Both the position numbers and the translations under genes were made by a program. The notes below the pieces were generated by a model. That model searched no databases. It was not told where the DNA came from and worked only from the letters and a program-made list of their open reading frames with translations. From assembly GCA_905178155.1 (NCBI GenBank), contig CAJINV010000059.1, positions 1 through 16,890 of the forward strand: a stretch of DNA of 16,890 nucleotides, read 5' to 3'. Positions within the stretch are counted from its first letter, which is position 1. Every line of letters starts with the position of its first letter. Positions 1 through 8,217 of this stretch are shown piece by piece. Source of the DNA: Amoebophrya sp. A120 (lineage: Eukaryota > Protista > Dinoflagellata).

Positions 1-269
1 AAAAATTTTTGGCACGACCCCCGCATGGAGAGCGGGTCCAGTCGTACCCCGTGCATTTGCTTACCAGGGATCTGCCAGCCCTTTCCAATGTGCGATCGCA
101 CTTGCCGTCACTTACTCGAAAATGATGCACCAGGGTGCATCTGTCATTAATCCTTCTCTTTGTGCTGATCTCCTTGGTACAAAAGAATGACCAGCAGGCC
201 GCGGGGGCGTGTAGTACGTGACGACAATTGTAGATTGATGTTTACCACTTTTCAGCCTCAAATAGATCA

Positions 270-3200
270 TCATTGAGAAGGCTCCTTTTCCAAATTCTCG
301 TCCTGTTCCTCGGGAACAGCAAGATGATCTTCAACTTCGTCGGCAACGACCTCGTGGTAGGCTGCTTCCCCCTCTGCTGGAGCAGAAGACGAAGAGTTCG
401 GTATTGTTTTCATCATTGCAGCTGCGTCTGTTTTTTCCTCGCTATCATGCTTTTCCTGGTCCGCACCTTCGCCCAGAGCCACGACCACGCGTTCCGCAGA
501 AGGATTGTTGGTGCCGAGGACCTCTTCCTGTTGTGCATCTTCTTCATGACCCCCTTCGTCCTGTTCCAAAGGAACCACCTGCACCTGCTGTGTGGCTGTG
601 GTTCTTACCAGCGGATCTTTTTCATCTTCACAAACATCAAGATGATCACCTGCTTCTCCGAATAGTACACTGGTGGTGCACGCCATGCTATCGCTTTGTT
701 CCGTGTTTTCTTCATGGCCGCTGGTGTTCCGATCATGTAGCTCACCAGCAACTTCTATTCTTCCACCTTCCAGACCTATGTGATGAAAATCCGGATCTGC
801 GCCGCCTACCGTAAGAAACTTCTGGTCGTTTTGGTCAGAGTCAACAGCGGCGTCTACTTCCTCTCGTTCAGGAGGACGATTTTGGAAATCATCACCATAT
901 GATCCTTGCGGCGCTTCCGCATCCTCCAGTCTCTCTTCTGGTTCGTCCTCGTCGCACGAAGTCGTGGGCGCAAAGCCAAAGGTGTCCTGCTGTCGAAAGT
1001 TTGGACTGCGTGACCAGCTGGGTACCACGTCCTCCGGGTTGAACAGTGGACTATCGCCAGCGTTCTCCGCACCGTCGTCGTCGCACAGCGCTGCGTGATG
1101 AGGGTTATCGAATTCGTCAAGCTCTTCCTCTTCGTCCGAATCAAGTTCGGCAACGCCAACCGGCTTCTTAATTTTTCCCGCGGCCACATGAGTAGTTGAT
1201 GCAACGCTGCAGCTGTTCATGACCGCCGGATGTTCATCAAAGGCAGCTTGGGTCCCAGCAGTACAACTGGGCTCGTCGCCCACTACAGTTGCCTCCAGAC
1301 CTGCGCCTGGCGTTTGCAAAAGTGCCGCTCCTGGCGAAGCAGTGAGCAGGGGCGCCGATGTTGAAAATGAAGGAGCGCATACGGACGCCAGAGGCGACGC
1401 GTTCTCGGTTCCGGCGCTGCGAGCCGCAAGCGTAGCACGCTGCTTCGGTAGTTCTTCATCTACGTTGTTCGTGTACAGCTCTGCTTGACCAGTAAGCCCA
1501 ACATCGTCAATCGTTTCAGCGTCGATCTTTTGTTCTTTTTTAATTTCGTCGTCCTGAAGTTGAAGGTCATGATTAGCTTTAGGGGCCGGCGTGGAAGCAG
1601 GAGCTGCAGCCCTTGCCTGCTTCATCAGCGCGTCGTCCTGAACGGGATTGTTTTCTGCCTTGCAGTCTGCCACATGGCGGACGCCTGCTTCGTCGCTGAC
1701 GCTTGTAGCAACAATGAGGCTGTTTTTGTTATCGGCACTAGCGACCAGGCCCAGTGTTCTTGTTGAGGGCTGCAGAAACTCGTCCGTCGATGGAGGTGTC
1801 GAGCTCGAACCTGCTTGTTCCTCTGCTGCGGAGGTGCAGGTTGGCGTCACGGGACTGCGCACCGGCGCGGACTCGCGACCGCCTGGTGGACGGGAGGTGG
1901 CTGTTCTTGTCTCTGTCGTTTCGGTCTCGCCTGCTCCTGCGCGTCGCGACTCGTGCTGTGCTTGCTGCTGCTGAATCAGCTTCGCAAGTAGTTCGTTTCT
2001 CCGCTCCTCCGCCGGCGTTGGACTGGTACGCGTTCGGCCGAGCAGCTCTGGGGCCGCGGCTGCACTTTTTCCCACAAGTTCCGCTTCGCCACCACATCCA
2101 CCTGGTTTCGAGGTCGATGTTGTTGTACTAGAAGCATAAGGGTAAGTAGAACAACCTCCCTGCGGCCCGCCACCCGTGGTTGCTGCTCTTTGCAACAAAA
2201 GAAGAGACTTCTGCTGTTGCTGCGGGGACTCTACTAATCTGCCTCGTTGCAACGTCGAGGGCTGCTGCGGCTGCTCCTGGTGTGGCTGTGGGCGTTGGTG
2301 TTGGATAAGGCGCGGCATGATTCTCGTGGGTGGCGCGCAGCATTCCTCGTAACTGTTGGCGGCGAAAAGGGTGAGCAGCGGATCCTGATCGATGATCGTT
2401 TCCGAGAGCACGGCGTAAGCACGCTGAAACTCGTAACAGAGTCGCTCTTGCCCGAGGTAGGTCGGACATTTGATTTGTCCCTTCTCGAACGGATCCTCGA
2501 TCAACAAGTTGACGTGGCGTTGCGCGAACCGCACGGTGTTGCCCCCGTCGGTCTGGATCAGCGGGCAGGACCACCGGGGAGGTTGGTAGCTACTTTTTTT
2601 GTTATGCTGATCCCCGCCGTTGCGGGCCATCTGCTGCTGCTGATGCGCGAGCTCTGTTTCGCTTCGGAAGTAGTGGAGGTATTTCAGCTTGGGCAGCGGC
2701 TGGCCGAGACGGATGGAAACGACTTCGCGATGGAAGTTGTACTCGTGCGCATAGTAGTGAAAAAACTGTGTGAACAAACAATACAGCGGACTCGGGATGC
2801 AGCACGATGGATCAATGGGGATACTACTAGCAGCCGTCGTGCCCTCGTTCTGCAAGAATTCCTCTTTTGATGTTGAAAAACTACAAGTCGCCGTGGCGGG
2901 TGGGAACAAGTTCCGGTTGGTGCGCGCGTTCCCGGCACAAGCGTTGGGCAGAAAGATGCTGTCCAGATGTCTCTGTGCTAAACTCGCATCGTACTCCCAA
3001 TTCTTGTCGAAGGTAATGTCGTGACACCCGTAGAGGAAGTTCTCCCTGGGTCGCACGCTGTTCTTCACGGACTTTTGCAGGTTCGGCAGAATCTTTTTCT
3101 TGTGCTGCAGAAAGAAAATCACGAGCAGCATGTAGGCGTAGGAGGAAAGCAGGCCATTCTGCGCGTCGATCAACTCCCGGCGCTTCGCCCAGGCCTTGAC

Positions 3201-3551
3201 CAGCATCCCCAGATCCTGGCAGAGCGGGCAATTGGCGTAGGCCCGCAGGAGTTTGGAATTCTGGTACCCCAACACGTTGTTAAAGCTGATGTCGATGTTA
3301 AACTTGAGGTCGTCAAACAGGTAGTCTTTCACCTTGACCAGCGGGATCCGGGCATGAATCACGGTCACGTTCGCAAACCCCTCGCTCGGCAGGATCTGCT
3401 TGCAACAGCGCGCCAGCAGAATGCACTTTTCCCGCAGCAAGGAAGGGTCCAACGACGCATGCGACAGTGCGGGGTGCAGGAGTGTGACGTCAATGTCGCT
3501 GTCCCCTGTCATAAAGCCGTTTACGGAGGAGCCATAGAGCTCGACAGTAGG
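270..3551 (-). CDS. Terminal exon of a Cid1/TUTase-family (non-canonical poly(A) polymerase-like) nucleotidyltransferase: catalytic and PAP-associated domains followed by a ~680-aa acidic, low-complexity tail
   Basis: The frame extends upstream of the ORF-track Met to an AG acceptor at 3553-3552, giving PTVELYGSSVNGFMTGDSDIDV (hGS..DxD motif). Also present: ARIPLVK, NIDISFNN (third Asp), NSKLLRAY, VKAWAKRRELIDAQNGLLSSYAYMLLVIFFLQ, LPNLQ, FFHYYAHEYNF..VVSIR and LLIEDPF. Confidence 0.92.
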   Translation of the reverse strand, partial: PTVELYGSSVNGFMTGDSDIDVTLLHPALSHASLDPSLLREKCILLARCCKQILPSEGFANVTVIHARIPLVKVKDYLFDDLKFNIDISFNNVLGYQNSKLLRAYANCPLCQDLGMLVKAWAKRRELIDAQNGLLSSYAYMLLVIFFLQHKKKILPNLQKSVKNSVRPRENFLYGCHDITFDKNWEYDASLAQRHLDSIFLPNACAGNARTNRNLFPPATATCSFSTSKEEFLQNEGTTAASSIPIDPSCCIPSPLYCLFTQFFHYYAHEYNFHREVVSIRLGQPLPKLKYLHYFRSETELAHQQQQMARNGGDQHNKKSSYQPPRWSCPLIQTDGGNTVRFAQRHVNLLIEDPFEKGQIKCPTYLGQERLCYEFQRAYAVLSETIIDQDPLLTLFAANSYEECCAPPTRIMPRLIQHQRPQPHQEQPQQPSTLQRGRLVESPQQQQKSLLLLQRAATTGGGPQGGCSTYPYASSTTTSTSKPGGCGGEAELVGKSAAAAPELLGRTRTSPTPAEERRNELLAKLIQQQQAQHESRRAGAGETETTETRTATSRPPGGRESAPVRSPVTPTCTSAAEEQAGSSSTPPSTDEFLQPSTRTLGLVASADNKNSLIVATSVSDEAGVRHVADCKAENNPVQDDALMKQARAAAPASTPAPKANHDLQLQDDEIKKEQKIDAETIDDVGLTGQAELYTNNVDEELPKQRATLAARSAGTENASPLASVCAPSFSTSAPLLTASPGAALLQTPGAGLEATVVGDEPSCTAGTQAAFDEHPAVMNSCSVASTTHVAAGKIKKPVGVAELDSDEEEELDEFDNPHHAALCDDDGAENAGDSPLFNPEDVVPSWSRSPNFRQQDTFGFAPTTSCDEDEPEERLEDAEAPQGSYGDDFQNRPPEREEVDAAVDSDQNDQKFLTVGGADPDFHHIGLEGGRIEVAGELHDRNTSGHEENTEQSDSMACTTSVLFGEAGDHLDVCEDEKDPLVRTTATQQVQVVPLEQDEGGHEEDAQQEEVLGTNNPSAERVVVALGEGADQEKHDSEEKTDAAAMMKTIPNSSSSAPAEGEAAYHEVVADEVEDHLAVPEEQDENLEKEPSQ

Positions 3552-3699
3552 CTATCCACAGCAAATTTCCAGTACACGTACTTACAAATGCAGTCTCTGC
3601 ATGACAAAACTTGCCTTCAGTCCTAGTCTAGCATGACAAGTTGGACACTGCAAGTTAGCGAAATTTGTCATGCATTTTGTACATGTACGGGACATTTAC

Positions 3700-4479
3700 A
3701 TTGCATATAGGCAGAATGGGAACCATTTCAGGCTCCTTCGATGTTGATGACGCACCATCATGGAGGTCGTCGCCAGAAGATCCTAACTTCGACGTCGCTG
3801 CTCGTTTATTTTTCGAAAAGAGCAGGCTCGGCTCCAACCCGTCGCGGAATTCGTGCGAGTAAAAGCATTTGCGAAATTCGTCGGACTTTAGCACTTTTTC
3901 GCGCAGCGTGCGTAGCACGTGCTCCTGCACCTGCTTGGCCCTGGGCTTCGGGCGCAGACGCTGTAGAATGGAGAGACAGGGGCAGGGATTCATCGATTGT
4001 CGCACCTCCTCTTCGTCGACATTGTCATTGTCAACATCAACTTCCAATGCGGTATTTGACTTTGCTTGTTGTGTACTACTTGTTTTCCTCATTTTTTCTC
4101 TTCTGGACGAGGACTTGTTCTCGAGCGCAACTGTTCCTGCAGTGAGGTCGATCAAGACTTTTCCGTCTGCGTCGTGCTCTGCACGACCCCGGTCACGTGG
4201 CTGCGGCTCGGCTTCGCTTTCCTCGTCGCCCGTTTCGTCGTGTTCTTCGGTGTGTTCGGAGAGCTGCTGACTTGCAACCAGGCTGTAACTGCGATCATCC
4301 TCATCTGTCGCAGCTGCTCTGTGCTCGTCCTCGTGCTCCTTCTTTACTGGAGTGTGTCCTGCGCCAGACTCGCCATCGTCCTCCACGCGCATGTCGTCGC
4401 GTCTACTACCCTTCGCAGCGTTGCGCTGCAGGCGCCGCTGCCTTCTTGCTCGGGCGCGCCGCATATCAAACGCAAATAC
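3700..4479 (-). CDS. Probable internal exon of the nucleotidyltransferase gene
   Basis: 269-aa ORF with an upstream TAG| acceptor at 4480 and a phase-0 donor AAT|GTAAAT at 3699. Splicing the 148-nt intron 3552-3699 joins it in frame (ILPICN|PTVELYGSS). It contains LQRLRP..EHVLRTLREKV, resembling the helix that precedes the NTase fold. Confidence 0.75.
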
Positions 4480-4799
4480 CTATATGTCTGGCGGGTCTGC
4501 AAGCCTGTGATCATCCTAGTGTCTGGAAGAAATTGTATCAGCAGCTTTCTTTTCGTTTTCGCAGCGACACATGACAAGGTCTGGAGCTGCCAAGTTATTC
4601 TGTTTTTCTTTTTCATGATGAACCGCATGGCAAGACAAATAGCACTATAATTGCATGTACTTACAAAGAGAGGCAGAGGGGGCGACATCTTCGCAGTACA
4701 ATAGGCATGACTTCTGATTTTTCTCTCCTGTCAGCCAGGCATTACAAAGGCTGCATTCTTCCAGGCCGCCAAGACATATTTAAGATTTACGATGCATAC

Positions 4800-7058
4800 C
4801 GCAAGACCGTTTCCCAGTAGTATTCCGAATATTGTACCGACAAGAGGGGGTCGCGGAAGCAATTGAGCATGCTATGGCACCTGCGCACGGCGAAATGCGG
4901 CAAGATGTTCAGTTTCAGCAGTCGCTGGGTTAAATTCGAAATCAGTAGGGGGTCGGGCTCCATCGTGAATATCAGACCTTCCAGGATCCGCAAAATCGAC
5001 AAGTTTAGACCATCTGTGTGTATCCTCTTTGCCATGACCTCAACGCGCTTTGACGGCTTCAACAGATCCGTAGAAATGCGAATTTTCCTCTTTTCTTGAA
5101 AAGTAGTAGGAGCGGCAGCAAGACTGTCGGTCGCCTGTTCAGCATTCTTGCTGCCTATGGTTGTGGAGGATCCGTCCTCCTCGTCCTCCTGCCGCGGCAA
5201 CGCCGGGAGATCCAAGGTCGAACTTGTTGTGCGTCTTGCCGCGTCTTCTTCTACGTCACCGTTATTGGAGCCACCTGCTGGTGCTGTTATGGCGTCAATA
5301 CTAGTATCTACGCCGCGTCCCACCTGACACTGCTTTGTGTCTACTCCAGTCGTGTTGACTGTTTCATCTGAGTCGCCGACACTCGCGTCTGTTATAACTT
5401 GCTCAGATGATGTCGTGGTCACATTTTGCTTTTCGTTGTTTCCATTTTTATCTTCGTCTTCCTGCTGCTGATCGCTCTTTACAAGAGCGTGTCCATCTTT
5501 CGCAACTGCAGCTGCCGGCTCGTCGCTTTCGAGGCGGTTGTGGTTGACAGTAAGAGGTGGTGCGTGATTCGCGGTCGGGTGGCTTGATGCATTTGTTGCC
5601 TTCGCGGGTTCTTCTTCTTGCCCGACCGCAGCAGGAAGAACATCATCACGACCAGGGCGAGGAGCCACTTGTGCTGGTGCTGGCTCCGTACTTTCTTCGT
5701 TCTTTCCGTCATGCAACGGCACGACCGGCGCTATGGTCTGCAATATCTCTGCTTTTGAAAGACTCCAAATCTGGTGGCAGCGAAAAAGGCGCAATTCCAT
5801 GTAGCGCGCGCGCTCTTCGTCCATGCCTTTCCGGACTTCCTGGCAGATGACGGACAAGCAGGCAATGAGCAGCTGGCCGAACCGCGGCACCCGTTGGTAG
5901 ATGGCCTGCAGCTCCTCGATGTGCGTGGCCAGCTCCTGCAGCGCGGCGCAGGCGCCAAAGAAATCCAGGCCCTGTGCCGTGAGGGTGAGCCGGATCAGAA
6001 TCTGGCTCAAGGAAGAGTCTTCGCGAGCCTGGTGCTGCGCCTGCGTGTTGTCCAGAGTGTTCGTGGCCGTGGTAGACAACATGCAAACCAGGCCGGCAAG
6101 CTTCAGTCCAAGCTGCTCGCTCTGCACTGGATCGAGCTCAGGTGCCTGCGCTGCGGCAGAGCCGGGAGCGAGTGCAACTACAGCTCCGGTATCAGCTGCA
6201 CGGGCATCTGCAGCGGAGGGACCACCTGCGTGCAGATCCGGAGCGAGGGTCGCGGGGGTAGTTCGTGCGGCAAGCGGAGGTGCTGCTTGCTGTTGATGCA
6301 GCTGGTTTATCATCTGCTGTTCTGCATCTGGTTTATCACCTGCTGCAGCGATTCGTGCTGGTAGTGGTCCTGCATCAAAAACTCTTGTCGCGGACACCTC
6401 TCTTGCTGATGTAAGGAGAGCGTCAGCTTGTGATGCGCCAGAGCTGCTCGGACTTTGTCCTGCGTTATTAACGTCCTGCCTTTGCGTGACTGAGTTCGTA
6501 GGAACTTCTTGTTCTACGAGGTGTTTAGCTTCCACCTCCTCTGAAGGAGCATTCTTACCTCCACGACCTCTCGTAGTTGTACCATCAGATACAACTACGT
6601 CAGCTGATTCAGGGCAGCGCATCAGGGGAAGCCGATCAGGTGCGGAGTAGACTTCATGGTCAGAAGCAAGTACGACGCCATTTTTCGGCACTTCCGCATC
6701 TCCAAGTTCTTCGACCGGGCGGGGCACGCCCTCACCAGCGTTCGCCAGCCCGTGCGGGTCGTGGCGCTGCACGATCATGGTGTCGGGTGTGTTTTCAATC
6801 CGACTTCTCGACACCTCAGGCGAGCTGTGACTGGAGTTATTTCCGTTTGTTGATGATATCAGCATCTTTTTCTGAAGCAAGGTTTTCACTCCGCTCTCGA
6901 TTGCATCCAATTCATCTTTCAGATGTTGCACAACCTGAGGGCGCGTGGGACTATGCGGTTGTGATGGAGAAGATGTGGAGACTCCTGCGGACCCCCCGCT
7001 CATCCCGCTTCCGGGACGTTGCAATACTTGGGGCCGGACTACATATCGCAAGAAAAAA
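4800..7058 (-). CDS. Large upstream exon, probably the N-terminal extension of the same gene (largely disordered, with two helical segments)
   Basis: 754-aa ORF that starts without an ATG; it has a candidate acceptor AACAG| at 7059 and a donor CG|GTATGC at 4799. The link to the next exon needs one or more small exons in 4480-4799 (a GTAAGT donor lies near 4660), whose phases I could not resolve. Confidence 0.62.
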
Positions 7059-7112
7059 CTGTTTCACTGTGAACTTGTGATGCAGAAAATGGATCGCACA
7101 AGTGTGTGTCAT

Positions 7113-7138
7113 GCTACACATGCAAGCTACACATGCAA
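7113..7138. repeat. 13-bp tandem duplication (GCTACACATGCAA x2) in a predicted intron
   Basis: Two exact adjacent copies. Confidence 0.85.
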
Positions 7139-7218
7139 GACAGTTGATTTCTAGCTGTGTTCTCCCTTGGGAACCCCGCATGACAGATTTTCGGTGTCAG
7201 GCGTAACAAACTTGTGAC

Positions 7219-7430
7219 GCAGATTTTGCAAAATCACCACTCCACAGTAAAACAGTTTTTTCGTGGGATACTACAGTAGGCATGTGCAGTAGTCTCTCCG
7301 CAGCCGCCTCCAGCCTTGCCACGGTTTCCTCGGTCACCGGTGCAGGCGGAGCTTCGCTCGCGTCTGGAGCTTTGCTTGGTCCATCCAACATCAGCAAGTG
7401 TTTTCTTGTTCGGGTAAATTGCTGGTCATC
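7219..7430 (-). CDS. Probable small upstream exon (DDQQFTRTRKHLLMLDG...FAKS)
   Basis: TTTAG| acceptor at 7431 and an open, protein-like frame. The phase-2 donor GC|GTCACA at 7218 is compatible with the acceptor at 7059. Confidence 0.45.
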
Positions 7431-7502
7431 CTAAATCGTCTTCCACCACGAGAAACCACATAGAACTTCTTCAAGCGTCATCAATCAAGTGGTTCAAATT
7501 TG

Positions 7503-7727
7503 TCAGTCGAGGTCGACCCCATCATCCAAATTCTGTAGAGGCGGCACTATGCCATACACTGGACTATAACAGTCACCGACGGCGTGTGCAGATTCGACCT
7601 CCGACTTTAGCAAAGACTGACCCAATACAGTAACACCAGTACACTGCTGCATGTACATACTTAAATCTCCTATTTGGTTTTTTTCTATTCTTATTTGTAT
7701 TTCTTTTGAATTTTGTTTTGTGTGCAT
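7503..7727 (-). CDS. Possible first exon of the nucleotidyltransferase gene (start may be Met at 7658)
   Basis: Short same-strand ORF directly upstream of the exon chain. No homology recognised and the donor is not established. Confidence 0.25.
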   Translation of the reverse strand: MHTKQNSKEIQIRIEKNQIGDLSMYMQQCTGVTVLGQSLLKSEVESAHAVGDCYSPVYGIVPPLQNLDDGVDLD

Positions 7728-7740
7728 GAAACTTTTACTG

Positions 7741-7804
7741 TAGGATCACACACTTTGAAGACAGTAGCAGGCTAGGATCACACACTTTGAAGACATCAGC
7801 AGGC
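7741..7804. repeat. 32-bp tandem duplication
   Basis: TAGGATCACACACTTTGAAGACA(GT/TC)AGCAGGC x2, with 2 mismatches. Confidence 0.9.
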
Positions 7805-8217
7805 TCGCTATCCCGCGACACAGAGACTTTTATAGAGTTCATCACACCACGACCACCCTAACTCCCTACTAACTTGAAATTGTGCGCCGCCGTCAAAACC
7901 ATGATGAACACAGTACTTATCTCGTACACACAGAAGCATCAATCATGCCGTAAATAGCTACTTACTAGCAGCTGCCGTCCGGTGAGAGCGTGCAATGACC
8001 ACGCGGATGCGTGATGCGTATGAACCGGCGCAAGTCGCACACATAATGGCACGACCGATCGGGACAGCGCTCACTGCCACTTGATCTACCTAGTATCGCT
8101 AAGTGATGACTTTTCCATGATATGCGTATGATGTGCTACTGCTACAGCGGCTTTCGCACTCGTCGACTTTGCAGAAAATAAATGTTGTTCGTCCTGCTCC
8201 CTGACCAGCTTGTCCTA

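Noticed and set aside
1-115. AATTTTTGG Sm-site-like sequence followed by possible hairpins (snRNA 3' end?)
   Set aside because: Truncated at the window edge and no convincing U1/U2/U4/U5 or SL RNA match; it would need a cmsearch with flanking sequence.
6003-6011. TGGCTCAAG, matching the dinoflagellate spliced-leader 3' end
   Set aside because: Short match, antisense and within a coding exon; likely chance.
7741-7804. 32-bp repeats as a CRISPR array
   Set aside because: Two adjacent copies with no spacer, in a eukaryotic context.
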